A DNA stretch of 64,000 bases from Hydrolagus colliei (lineage: Eukaryota): positions 1,240,001-1,304,000 of the forward strand of contig CM068760.1 in the NCBI GenBank assembly GCA_035084275.1. The letters are read 5' to 3'. Below the pieces are notes generated by a model. It saw only the letters and a program-made list of their open reading frames with translations, searched no databases and had not been told where the DNA came from. Position numbers and translations under genes: made by a program. The first letter of the stretch is position 1. Every line of letters begins with the position of its first letter. Of this stretch, positions 13,797-26,521 are shown one piece after another.

Positions 13797-16700
13797 GAAA
13801 TATCAAAATCTCGTTAGATGAGAAACTAAGAGTTAGACTTAGACATGTCCATATTTCTGGCCATGAGACATTTGTTTGGGGATAATTATATTGGACATTG
13901 CCTCAGCACACAATGTACGGTATTTCTGACCTATTTCTATGTGTATTCATCTTACTACTCTTCAACTCAGTTTGCCTCACTTTTTACCGTGACGCCCTTT
14001 AGATTCCGCCGGTCCAAATTTGGCACCGATTATCGTGAACAATGTGTTGCACTGCTCCAGAAATACAAAGTTGATGAAATGTGTATGGGAAATGATAAAT
14101 CCTTAGTAATCTGCCAGAAAACAGTCAGTTCAGAGGAAGTTGTATAACGTTCATGTCTGTGTAAATTGGTTTGTGTACATAGTCTGTTCATGACATAATA
14201 GACCCACACAAATCCTGAATTTCATGTCATCATAGTTAATGTGATTGCAAATCCAAAATGATGAGAACTGTCTGTAGCTAGATTGAAGAGATTATTTCTC
14301 ATTAAATATAAATACACTCGCGCTTGAATGAAACATTTAAAATGTCCCTGTTCCTTTTAAAGATTGTTGTAAACCGAGTGACCCCCAGCCTCAGGAAACA
14401 CTATGTTTTTCAGCATTTCAATATTGAAGAGTTGGACAATTCTAAATATTGAATAAAATGACAACCAATGTCTTGTTTCTGCTGATGACTTTCAGGCCTC
14501 TTTGTTCCTAACTTGCCATGAACATCTATTTGACTGTAAATACTTTTGAATCTCTTTTTTTCTACGCTGTTTCTCCTTGCTTTTCATTCACTTTTTGATT
14601 TCTAACTATGCGAACCTTGCTTTCAGATTTACATAATGTGAAAATGTTCAGAAAATAACTATCTTATGGAAAGTACAATAGTTTTGCAGTTTTCCCCTAG
14701 AAGAAAGCAAGAGAGATGGTTTACAAAATCTGGTAGAACGCATCAATTATAACCCTGTGTCTTCCAGGTGGATTTAGTTTGGGGCAAAAGTGACGCAATG
14801 ATAAATGTAGACTTATGATAAGGAGTCTTAATGGGAGCTGCAAAGAAACGGGAAAATGTATGAAAATCTAATTAGGTATTTTCTGGCCATTGTTTTGCTA
14901 TCTGGCTCAACTATGAGCGTCTCACTGTCAAATAACTTGCCATCAATTCTCTAGTTATTGAGAGTGAATAACCAGGTAGGAACTTACCTTTTTAAGGCAG
15001 CTGATTGTCTGACACATGAGGACACCATCACTATGTTTAGGAGTATCCCAACCAGACAGAGTTCCACCTGTGTCACCGACACATGGAATGCATACTCTCT
15101 CCATGAGGGAGGCAACATGCTTATGTAATTCAGGAAATGATTAAACACAGGTTGGCAAGAGATTTGAAAATCCCAGAGTGTGCTATGGTGGTGCTGGAGT
15201 CGTAACAAGCCAAAACAGTATAGCTCGCCTTTGAGAGCAACTGTCTGACAAGATTCCTACTACTGTACTTGTTTAGCTGGGACCACCCCACCCGTGGAGC
15301 TTTTGCTTGCAGAAGCTGACTGAAGAATTCAGGCTTTTGGGAAGGTACTATATCTCCAAGTCCTGTTGATGAACCAAGGTGGCTGATTTGTCTTCATCAA
15401 TGCCCTAGAGTACAATGGCTCAGGAATAGGATACTGAAACTACCACAGAAGGTTGACTCCAGTCGGATATTTCAGTTCCAAGCACATCACTTTGGAGCCA
15501 ACTCAACTGCCAAGGAGATCCCATAAACCTCCGTCCATACATACCTCCCCAGGGCAGTTACCAGAAAGCTGCCAGCACCTATCGAATTACCTCAGCTCAG
15601 CATGAGTCACAAATTTAAGAAAAGTGGAGCAAGGGTAGAAATTTGGAAAGAAATCTCAAATCATGGAAATGTCATTGTAAGATGGAGAAAAGCAATTTCT
15701 CTGGGGTTTAGGGGCCAACTGAATTTCATATAAATTAATTAAAATTATTACAGATTGCATGTCTTGCTGATTGTGGCATGGTTCTTTTGAATGTGTAAAT
15801 ATTATACCAATGCACGACTGTGCTCCATGCCAGAATATCTTTTGAAGAATAGATAGTTAACTGTTCCTCTTCCTATTTTCTACAGTGCATGTTTATTACT
15901 GTTGCAGCTGAATACACTGACGTCTCTAGAGTATCTAGAACCATATCCTGCGATAGTGCATTATTTTTCAGATGATTGCGTTGATGGATTACTTTTGTTG
16001 GCTGTCTTATCATGTTTCAGCATTGGTAGAAAACAAATAATGTAGTCAAGCCATCATGTGTTTTATTAAAAACCTGCCTCTCCTCATGTATCCTGCTATC
16101 TTTTTACCTTTTCATATCCAGCATCAATAGGATAAGTAACTTGCATTCACCACTAGGTTGTTTACGAGCACTGCCATGTTCAAGGTCCTTAGGTTAAGTG
16201 TGGTAAGTTGTTCCTCAGTATGTTATTTTGTCAGAAAGCAGATCAGGTGACTGAACTACACTCCGGTTCACAGATTCCTTTGGTACTTTCACCAACATGA
16301 CCAGGTTCATTGACCGGGTTTGCAGTCTCTCTTGTTTTAGGAAAGTCCTTAACAGTTGGCTAATAATAATAATAATCTGGGCGTTTGATATACTGCCTTA
16401 TCACATCATTGAGGTGTGTCAAAGTTCTTCACAGGATATACTGTCAACATAATCTTAAATATTCCTGTTTTGGACGATTTCAGCTCAATGCCCTGTCTGG
16501 GAGTATAGGCTAGATATTTTTTGACCCTTGTCTATTTTTATACAGTGGGATGCACGTAAAAGAGACAGACCTAATCTGTTTCTTTCCATTTGTTTTTTTT
16601 GAAACATTTATGTTCTTTTCTGTCTTGTACTATGTGGGAGTTAACAACTGTAGATGCTAAGTAAGTTGCATTTACTTGTAGTAATCATTCTTAAAGTGAG

Positions 16701-16832
16701 TGGCATCAAACAAGAGGCCATTCAACCTGCCAAGTCTACTCCTTTCCTCGCCCAAGCACACTAATGAGGACTGATGTAACACAACCTTCTATAACATTTG
16801 GCACACTTTACCCCACCATCTCCTGACTTTTC

Positions 16833-17887
16833 TCTTTGACCTTCACTATTCACCTCCTCTTCACCCTCAGTGACATCATCCGCAGACATGGGGTAAATTT
16901 CCACATGTATGCGGATGACACCCAACTCTACCTTTCCGCTTCCACCCTCAACTCCAGGACTACTGACGTTCTGACTGCGTGTCTGTCCAACATTGAGTCC
17001 TGGACAAGGGACAACTTCCTCCAACTAAATGTCAACAAGACGGAGGCCCTCCTGATTGGCTCGCGTCAGCGTCTCCGCACCTCAGGCGCTGGCAACATCA
17101 GCATCAAGGCTGTACTCTCCATCTCTCGAAGCTAGACAGGAATCTGGGCATCTTATTTGACCCTGAGCTGTCCTTCCTCCCACAAATCCGCGCCATAACC
17201 TTCCATCACGTCCGCAACATTGCCAGATTCTGCCGCTGCCCCACTCCCCATGGTGCTGAAACACTTGTCTGCGCATTCATCACATCAAAGCTCGACTATG
17301 GTAACTCTCTCCTCGTCGGCCTACCCAGTTCCTCCCTTCATAAACTGCAGATTATTCAGAACTCTGCAGCTTGTGTACTCTCCTGCACTAGGCTCCGAGA
17401 CCACATCACTCCCACCCTTGCCCATCTCCACTGGCTCCCCATTCCCCAGAGGATCAAATTCAAGATCCGCGTTCTCACTTGCAAGGCCATTCACAGCCTT
17501 GCCCCACCTATCTCTCCAACCTGCTGTCTCCCTATCAGCCTGCCCGTCCCTCCATTCTTGACTGCTCCATGTCCCCCGCCCTAACCACCCAACCATCGGT
17601 CGTTGGGCTTTCAGCCTCTCTGCCCCCACACTCTGGAACTCCATCCCGCAGTCCCTTTGGCTCCCTTTCCTCCTTCAAGGCCAGTCTCAAGACCTTCCTC
17701 TTTGACCATACCTTCTGCTGTCCTCCTAACTCTCCACCCTTTACTACTCTCCGTTCCCCCTACCCCAACCCTCCCCCCCACCCACCCCCCCCCCCCCCCA
17801 GCTCGGTTCCCGACCTGACTGTTCAGGGCTTTAGGATGTCCTCCCGACATGAAAGGCGGTTCTATAAATGTCATTTTGGTGTTGTTC
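16833..17887 (+). mobile_element. 5'-truncated, frameshifted L2-clade LINE (RT C-terminus and 3' UTR)
   Basis: DIIRRHGVNFHMYADDTQLYLS, LQLNVNKTEALLIG, HITPTLAHLHWLP and GRWAFSLSAPTLWNSIP across frames; ends in a hairpin plus (TGT)n tail. Confidence 0.92.
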
Positions 17888-18038
17888 ACTGAGAGGGATG
17901 GTCTTCCCATATTTCAACATACATTATGATTGATCATTATTCCAGATGGTTAGTTGGCTGGTACAGTATTGCCATCAGGGATCTGGATCACTTGTCTTCT
18001 TCCTACATGGTGAATCTTGTGAGGAAATCGGTGCCCTT

Positions 18039-18427
18039 GACTCCACTGGCTCTCTGTCACAGAGTGGATCGACTTCAAGATTCTTACTCTTGTGCTTAAA
18101 TTCCTTCACTCCTTGGCACCTCTCTACCTCTCTAATCTCTCTCCTCACAGCAGTACCCGCTGACTCCGCTCTACTGGATCCGGCCTCCTACTTGTACCCC
18201 GAATACTCCACTCCACCATCGGCAGTTGTGCTTTCAGCCACTCCGCCCCAAAACTTTGGAACTCCCTCCCTCTGCCTCACCTCCTGATTTTTCATCTTCC
18301 AGTCGCACTTGAAGATCTTTTCAACTGCGCTGTTGGTCACCTTCCTCATCTCCCTGGCTCGGCCTCCAGCCATGCCACTGAAGCCACCCGATGTGGAGGG
18401 CCCTATATAAATGCATGTTGTTGTTGC
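18039..18427 (+). mobile_element. L2 LINE 3' fragment (second subfamily)
   Basis: ctccactggctc...caccatcggcagttgtgctttcagccactccgcccc...ctatataaatgcatgttgttgttg. Confidence 0.8.
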
Positions 18428-21037
18428 TAATCAGTAGTCCATTGTTTCTGTTCAGAATTACATCATGTGAACGTGGGAAAATGTGTCATGGTAATTCTTT
18501 AATCCAAATTTCCCTACCTCCTTCCTGACCTTTAATATCCTTACTTCCTAAGTATCAAGAATCTGATTGGATAGTTAGCAAATGAAATGTAATCAGCATT
18601 TCAGTTAGCTCACCTCAAATCGGATTTGTCTGCTCTGGGTTCACCTACTGGAAAATGTGCCACGTAGAACAGCTGTATTCATAGCTGTGGGGGTTGGGGA
18701 GAATTGTCGGATTTAAATCTCATCTCCTGAACTATCTTATTAGAGGGGAATTGACAGCGGCTGTGGAAATCTCCATGCCCTAGCCTGTCTTCTGCTGCTG
18801 GAGAATGCACTGCATTCTTTTATTTTACTTTCTGTAGCCCACCTCCCCATCCCCTTTTCTTGGACTGGACAGACTGATCAGTGTGCAATTTAGGAAGACG
18901 AGCACTCACGCATGTGTGTATGAAAGAGAGAAACAACTCAGAGGAAGAAAAATCTGTTCAGAAGCAGCCTGGTAATTCAAAAAGCTGATCCGTCAGATTG
19001 ATAAGAAAACCAGTTTGGGGTTTTTGTTTCATGTATAGGACTATCAGGTTTATATGTAATTTAGGCTATCTAATTAATTGCCCACAATGTGTGAAATATT
19101 TGATAGCTAACCATTTTATAGCTCTTGGTTCTGTATATACTTTATAGTTCTTGTTGAGTAAAGTAATTGAACAAAGGTTGTGAGATAGAATAGAATCACG
19201 GAGTGGAAAGGAAGCTCAAATTTAGGTGAATTTATTTTAGATATTTAAATGCTAAGCCTTCTCCATCCTTTACTCTGAGTTGTAGAAATTTGTTGTGCAG
19301 AGGATCAGCACGAGCTCTGTCTATTCAGACCCGCTGCTCCACTTTACCCCATACCCCTTCAGGCTTTTTTCATGTATATGTCAACTTGTGAAATCCACAA
19401 TAGCCTCTGCTTCTACCATCTTGCTTGGCGGGGCTTTCAAATCCCAACAATTTGATTTTCTGTGAAAAGAATCCTCCTAAGATCTCCTTTTGCTCTTCTT
19501 ATATCTATGTCTTCCAGTCACTGACTCCCAGTGGAAATTGCTTCTCCCAATTTATCCCGTCAAAACCCCTCAGAATTAGGATCTTTCCAACTACAGTCAC
19601 TCCAAGGCTTAAGGGCTCAGTGACAGGTTATATAGAGTGGCAAGTTAGGCTTATGTATAAATACATAAATAAATGACGGCATGATGATTTAGGTTATAGT
19701 GACAAGTTAAGCCAGGGTTAAGATATCAGCAGTTTGCTCTAGTAGAAAATGGATACTTTATACAATCAGTATGGGTTTGATTCAAATCCAGGTTCCATAT
19801 TTTGCACACAATATACAGTCAATTCACTTTACAGTGTATTCTATGGAGCGCTTGAAACTTCTCGACAACCTGATAAAGCGCTATTTCAAATGCAAGAATT
19901 ATTCTTATTACCAGAGCCTCTTTCTCAGAACGTAAACGTTAGGGTTCCTAAGAGTGTGGAGAAAGATAAAGAGAGATAAAATTATTTTAATCCATTTTGG
20001 TCTCGTTTCCTAGATAGTGTATGAAACAATGACTGTCCAGTGACTCAGGACATTCTCCTGACGAGAAAGGCGCTATACAAGTGTCATTTTATTGCTGTTG
20101 TAGTGATGCATTGTTGTTGTTGAAGCTTTGTTAATTTTAGATGCTTAGATTAGATGTTTCATTGCTGGGATGGTTTGTCCACAATCCTAATCTTACTGTT
20201 TAGTTTTCTTCCTTCTTTCAACACAAAACGCAGATGCCTCAAGCTTTGAAGTTTTGGTGTAGGAAGTGTTTGGAACAGTTATGAAAATCCACAAAATATG
20301 GGTTTGTTTGATTGCTAAGGACCTCTAATAAAGATAAAATATGTTCTAATGAAGATAAAGTATATTTGGAGCTTCATCACAAGACTAGAAAATTGCATTG
20401 TATATGATGCGATGACTGATTTTGGTAGCTTGGATTAGAGATTAAAAGGGGGAATGAATGAAAGGAGATTCAGATTTTTTTATGATGTTACTTCATTGAG
20501 TATATAGATAGGCACAGGACATAACCATTAACCTGTTTAGTATGTTCCACCATTTTGTTAAATAATGATTCATCTGCAACTTAATACCAGTTTCCCTGCT
20601 CTTTCACCATATACACCTCATTGATGCCCTTGCCCACCAAATGTCACTTAGTATTACAAATACTTGCTGAGGTATTTGACTTGGTATCTCCAAACTTTTA
20701 AATAATGCAGTTCACATATGCATAACCCTTTATATTTTTTTGTCTAATTTGAAGGTTATGTCCTCTTGTTCTGGATTCCCCTACCAGAGGAAAAAAAGTT
20801 TCTACATTTCTTTCTAAAAAAAATTGTCTGTCAGATCACCACTCACCTCAAATTTCTTATTAACTGATCAAATTGACTATCTAACAGCTGACTTGAGTTT
20901 TATGCACAAAGGTAATACGTCGATTTATTTGGTGAAATTGTATTTGGCACTGAGTTCAATCTACCAAAAGCTGTTTTTTAAAAATGTTTATTATACTGTA
21001 AACCCTTCATCAGGTACTTATTTGTTCAATATTCCAG

Positions 21038-21122
21038 GTGGTGCGAGCAGCTGATAGTCTATCCCAGAACGAATAAGCAGAACCAGAAGAAGAAACGCAA
21101 AGTGGAAGCTACAACTGCCCAG
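21038..21122 (+). CDS. MPRIP: MPRIP-like exon (WCEQLIVYPRTNKQNQKKKRKVEATTAQ)
   Basis: attccag| acceptor, CAG|gtatgt donor, 85 nt, phase 2 to 0; end of PH1 plus basic KKKRK motif. Confidence 0.95.
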
Positions 21123-23783
21123 GTATGTTCTGAGGTCAGGTTTGCAATGTGTGGAATCAATTGGGGAAATTTCAAATATGAACTTGGTATCTACTCTTAA
21201 CTGCTAATAAATAGCGCGATCATTTCTACAGGATAGTTGTTTTACATTGCTCTGATTGTGAATGAATAGATAGTTTGTCAGCCTGGCTCAGTTGTTAGCA
21301 CGCTCCTCTGTATCAGAATATTGCAGGTTAGACATCGGGGCACTGCGTTGTTCGAGGTGCCACGCTTTAGATAAGACTTTAAATTAAAGACCCGTTTCCC
21401 TGTAACTATTAATACTTATTTGGAACTCACTTTAAAATTAGCTTTGAATATAGTTGTTTTAAAAATAACACCACCATCAACCATCCATGGGCTGCGGCTG
21501 AGTGTTTCTATTGGATTATATTTCTTACACAACATGCACTTTAGTCAAAAATTGGAAAATCTGAACTTAAATATTTGTTGGGTAAAATGTAATTTATCTG
21601 CATCTTGTGGGAGAATTATTTATCCATCTAAGTGTATTTGAAGTATTTTGCACATTGACCACTATATCTCATAAACATTCCAGGATAGGGTTATGCAGAG
21701 GCAGTCTTTGACTGGAGATAAACTGAACTGTACGTGACCCATGGTGATTTATAAAAAGTCGCATTCCTATAATTAGCATGCTAATCTCTAGGCTGTGGTT
21801 ACATATGTGATGAAATGATGACCACTCGGATGCAATATTTTAGCCCTTTTCATGATATTTAGGTTTAACCTTGCATTAGATCTCTGGAGGAGACTCGGGA
21901 GCCCATATAATTGCTCTGCACTCCCTGAGGGTTTGTTATGTTCTGTTTCTAGGAAAGGTAATGCTGTCCCCTAGAGGTATTTGGCAAACACCAGTCAGTT
22001 GGTGATCATTACCTCAGTCTTTTAACACTGCTTCCTGTGTAATATGAGATATGTGACTGTCAACCAAGATCTGTAGTATAAATTGGGTATGAAATGAGTT
22101 AAGATAAATCTACGTTGGGTGCTGAAGGTGAAACAGAGCTAAGAGTGTTGGTTCACTCAACTTATTGGGTTTTTCTTGTGCACAAAATATATTGTGGGTA
22201 AAGCTGTACACTGAGTGCATTGCCTCTGGCAGTAGTCAAGGGAGTACTGCCAATTTGTAGGTGTTTCACCCACAAATGTATTGGCAATTCATGTAAAATT
22301 CACAGTAAAGCGCTTTGAGACGTGTAGAAGACGTGAAAAGCGCTGTATCAAATGCAAGGATTATTGTTAATATTTTTCTCTTGAGTTTGAATAGCCATGG
22401 GTTTTCTGGCATCTTTTTATTGCATGCGAGCAAGTGGAGAGAAATGCACAGAACTAAATTGAGGGTGCCTTGCTTTCTAACTAACTTGCATAATCCACAG
22501 TAGTCTAAATGTAGATCTGAATACGAATAGTGTAAAGTTTCTGTCCTGGTAGAAGAAATCTTTTGGAAATCTGCTTTATTTAAAATGAAATGATTGCATA
22601 ATAGGAAATGCCAAGCTACATCCAATAAACCTGTCAAATAATATACATTGATACAAGTTAATTGAACAGTATTTTGTGCCTAAAAAAACCCTTGGCAGAA
22701 TGCCAATAATAAGTATAGACTTGTTACTTATGTGACTAACTTAACAGGGTTCAGTCAATGAGCAATTGTTTAACAGTAGCAAGTAAATTCCAAAGTTAAA
22801 AAAAGTTTGAATATGAAGTCCATTGGTGAGTGAAGAATAAATAGGCGAGGAGATCAAGCTGCTTGTCGAGTTTGTCTTACGATCTGCCTTTTTTCATCAT
22901 TTGTACAATAATTTTCATCAAAATGAACAAATCACAAGAGATATTGCAGATGCCACATGTTGAATGGTTTGTGGCTGACTGGTTATTAAGAAAGACACTG
23001 CTATCCTTTGGACGAAATGTTAAACTAACATCGCATCCGTCTATCCTTCAGTGGAACATTTAAAAAAAAATGCATGGCACTATTTAAAAAGAGACATTTT
23101 TCCCCAATGTCCTGGCCAACAAATCTCTTTTAAGGCTATTTGAAGGACTCTGCTGTGTGCAAAACGAATGCCAATAGAAATAATCATCATATTTTACATT
23201 AATTACTATAAAGCACTTTGAGGTGCTGGTGAGATAAGGTGCTATAAAGAGGCAGGTTATTTCCTTTTAATATAAAATATTAAAAAGGCTGAGTGACTTC
23301 AACAGAAACCGGAGATTAACATTACTTAATTTATCCAACACATATATCTTGTTCTTAAGAGCATCACTTCAACTAATTTGTCATGTCACCAGAGTGCAAT
23401 AAAGTACACAAGAAGCCAAGAGATTGCTCTATACTGTTTGTATAAAGCAGCCCCACCCACACAACAGCCATTTGGCAGATGTCGCCTGTGCAAAATGCAC
23501 TTTCATTTTATCTCTGGTTGAGTCTCAAGCAGGTAGTTAACATCAAGCAAATTCAATCTTTTAAAGTAACACAAGTTAAATGCTGTTGTCACCACCTTAA
23601 GCTACTTGCTCTATGATTGGTTCTCATCAAAATGAGAACCAAATTTCTCTGGTCTGATAACTTTCAAACTACCACAAACAATCGTAATAGTGCACTCTAT
23701 TTCTGTTGCATTTATAGATAGGTGAATGGAAAAAATCATAGGAATCTGGCAATGTTTTAACTTCTAAATAGATTTTTTAAATA

Positions 23784-24031
23784 TAGGTACTGCTCACTTA
23801 ATGTTGATTCGGTCAACGTTGTTTCGTTAGTAAATTGCTGACACACAGGGGAACATGTATTCATTTAAAGTCGCGAGGTTTGCTTTTACGCTATTCGCTC
23901 GGATGGAAACAAACTACTCTGGGTAGTGAATGCATATATAGACCCTGAACGTCCGGTATTCTTGCGCAAGTTCACTTAAGTTGTTTCGCTTAAAGTTGCT
24001 CTTTACGCGAACACAAAGCGGGGACTAAGTG
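23784..24031. mobile_element. Degenerate Tigger-like non-autonomous DNA transposon
   Basis: TA-flanked, CpG-retaining segment from taggtactgctcacttaa to aagcggggactaagtg; internal cacttaa.gttg.ttcg repeats. Confidence 0.45.
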
Positions 24032-25525
24032 TATAAAATGACAAGTTCCAGGATGCTCTGGGCTATTTCTAAGTTCAGTAGAAATCAAGGTAGCTGTGTG
24101 ACGAGGCCCTGGTGCACCATTAGTGGTGCGCATGTTCCAGTGTGTAGCAGATGTAGCTCTTAACAACATGTGACAATAAAGCCTAGAAATTAATGTCATT
24201 AATTATTCATCAGCAGTGGTGCAAAAAAAAATCTCTTATCATGATTTCATTTTGTACTGCATTACTATTTGTTGTGAAGAGGAAAATGTTTTGGAAAAAT
24301 ACTTTATTCTCTTAACTCGGATCATTAATTGGGGTGTGGACCCTGATGCTTACTCACCCCCCAAAAAATCAAATATTTCTTACTGGCTTCATCGGGCAGG
24401 GCTTCAAATCACTGTCCGTCAGATGAGTGGCCAATCTCAGGGTCGGTGGAGTGTAGCCAACCTCAGTTTTTCAACGTTGACCAACATCTTTCTACATTCG
24501 TAGGAAAATATAACTATTATCGGAGGTCAGTCAGTGTTCTTTTAAAGGTGAGAGTACATCTTTGTCCTTTCTGAAGAAAGCAAAAGGCTTTATTCCATGC
24601 ACTTGTCTCATTCGGTTAAATAGATTTCTGTCCTTTCTAATAATAACGTGGATTATTCACAAAGGAAGGCCCCAAATATTAAAAATTAAGTTGATTGTAT
24701 CAATGAAACCTGCAATATAACCAGCCTGCAATCCATTCTCCCAGATGAAAACAAAATGATGTCATGTTGCCTTGACCATGATGTCAAAAAGCAACCTTTC
24801 ATAGTGTTGCTTAATTTTCTATTAAAGCTAATATTCTGTTAAAGTTAGTTTTGGGCACAGTAGTTATCAAAAGGCCATGATTATGCAAGGTGCTTCAAAA
24901 ATTAAACAGATTTGAGCTTTTTCTGAAACCTGAATACTGTACATGGTTGATTGAGATGGGAGAGATTTTGGGAGGTATTTGGAAGTGCTGTTGAAATCAA
25001 AATTATAGGAGCGTTATGTGCTCAAAAATACCTTATTTAAAAAGCCAGAATGCTGGAAAACGCAGACTCTGTGGATCTTGTTGCTGGAAATCACTGAGTG
25101 TGTAAGTATTGAAATTGCTGCAATAAAATATGTACATTTCCTGGACTCTTCGAAAGAGTCTTCAACATAAGGATATAGTTTAAAAGGGTACGTCTGATTT
25201 TTCAAAGATGTCTTGTGAAACGAGAGAAAGTATTTTTACTTGCAAGTGCTTAGCCTTATGCACATGTTCCCCTTTAAAATTTTCCCTTTTTTTTCTGAGG
25301 GGCCTTTTTGAAACCTGGACTCCAATCAAAGGAGCAGATCTGTTATAGATTTGTTCCTGCTTTTGTTTTAATAACATCAACATTTTTTGTCAGGATCAAA
25401 GGCACGTTTCTTCCATAAAACACTTTGTTGACTGAAGTAAAGATAGATAGTATAATTATATTTATTATACCAAGAGACTGTGGAATTATCAGAACCTTTG
25501 TTATGTTTATTTTACCCAAACCCAG

Positions 25526-25703
25526 GAGCCTGGTCCAGCGAAAGTAGCAGTGACTGGTTCAGGGATTCCTGATGCAGAGAAGGTGCCCGATTCACGATCC
25601 AGCCTGTGGCAAGAAGAGCTTCAAGGCAGAGATGTGGAAGCAACTCAGAGTTGGCCTCTTCCTGATGCTAGCTCCCACGGAGGGTTGTTTTCTTCAAGAG
25701 AGA
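25526..25703 (+). CDS. MPRIP: MPRIP-like exon (EPGPAKVAVTGSGIPDAEKVP...LWQEE...)
   Basis: cccag| acceptor; AGA|gtgagt donor gives phase 1, matching the next exon; 178 nt. Confidence 0.88.
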
Positions 25704-26046
25704 GTGAGTCAATAGTTTGGTTCAACTGTCTTCTCTTTCCTTTTATGTATTTGGTCCCTGACCAACACTGATTTTCTGCATTTTTGCACATCAGTTGCCT
25801 CACTCTCTATCTCAAGGCGAATGCTGGGTAAAGCATCATTAATGCCGTTATCTCCAAACTTGATTTTTCAAACTCCCTCACATCTGACCTCCCTTGCTGT
25901 ATCTATGGAGTAGTGATTTTAGAGTGAGTTGATTCTGACAAGCCTTAAGTCTGAAACCTATGTTTTGTGTATTACAAGGCTATCGTCTTAAAGCATTCAA
26001 ACATAGTATTTTAATAAAGTATGGATGTGTGTTTCTCTTGGTACAG

Positions 26047-26521
26047 GTGACATGCGCCCCCCTGATGTTGCTTCTGATCACAGTTCTGTTAATGGAGATG
26101 AGGTGGATAGAGGAAGGATCCCACTGCTTGATCAGCAGAGACAGGAGATGCGTGTCCTTTCCCCTACTGGTAGCTCTTCAAGCAGGCATGGAATGGAGCC
26201 TGGGGGGGTTCCTCGTTGCCCATCACCAGTCTACAGCGATCCATTCCCCTCTGCTGGTAGCCTGCTTTCCAATGGATCACATATTAGTGGGTCCATGAGT
26301 TCGCTGGACTCGGAAGCAAGTGGAAGCACTGTAACAAGCACAGACAGTCACTACGCTGAAGGCATGGCACATAGAGCCTCGACACTGGCTGACATTCCCC
26401 GAGCCAGGAGAATTAGCAATAGGGAGACTTATGAGGCTGAAGTTAAAAAAATGGAAAAACGGACAAGAGCAAGAAGTCCAGGGAGAGATGAAGGCGAACA
26501 GTATTTTGGACAAGAAAGAAG
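26047..26521 (+). CDS. MPRIP: MPRIP-like exon, Ser-rich linker ending TLADIPRARRISNRE...RTRARSPGR...FGQER
   Basis: gtacag| acceptor, AG|gtactg donor, 475 nt, phase 1 to 2; RARSPGR..FG.ER motif recalled from long MPRIP/TRIOBP isoforms. Confidence 0.88.

Noticed and set aside
23617-23642. 11-bp perfect hairpin ttggttctcat-caaa-atgagaaccaa (similar palindrome at 27362)
   Set aside because: Short and without supporting context; could be chance
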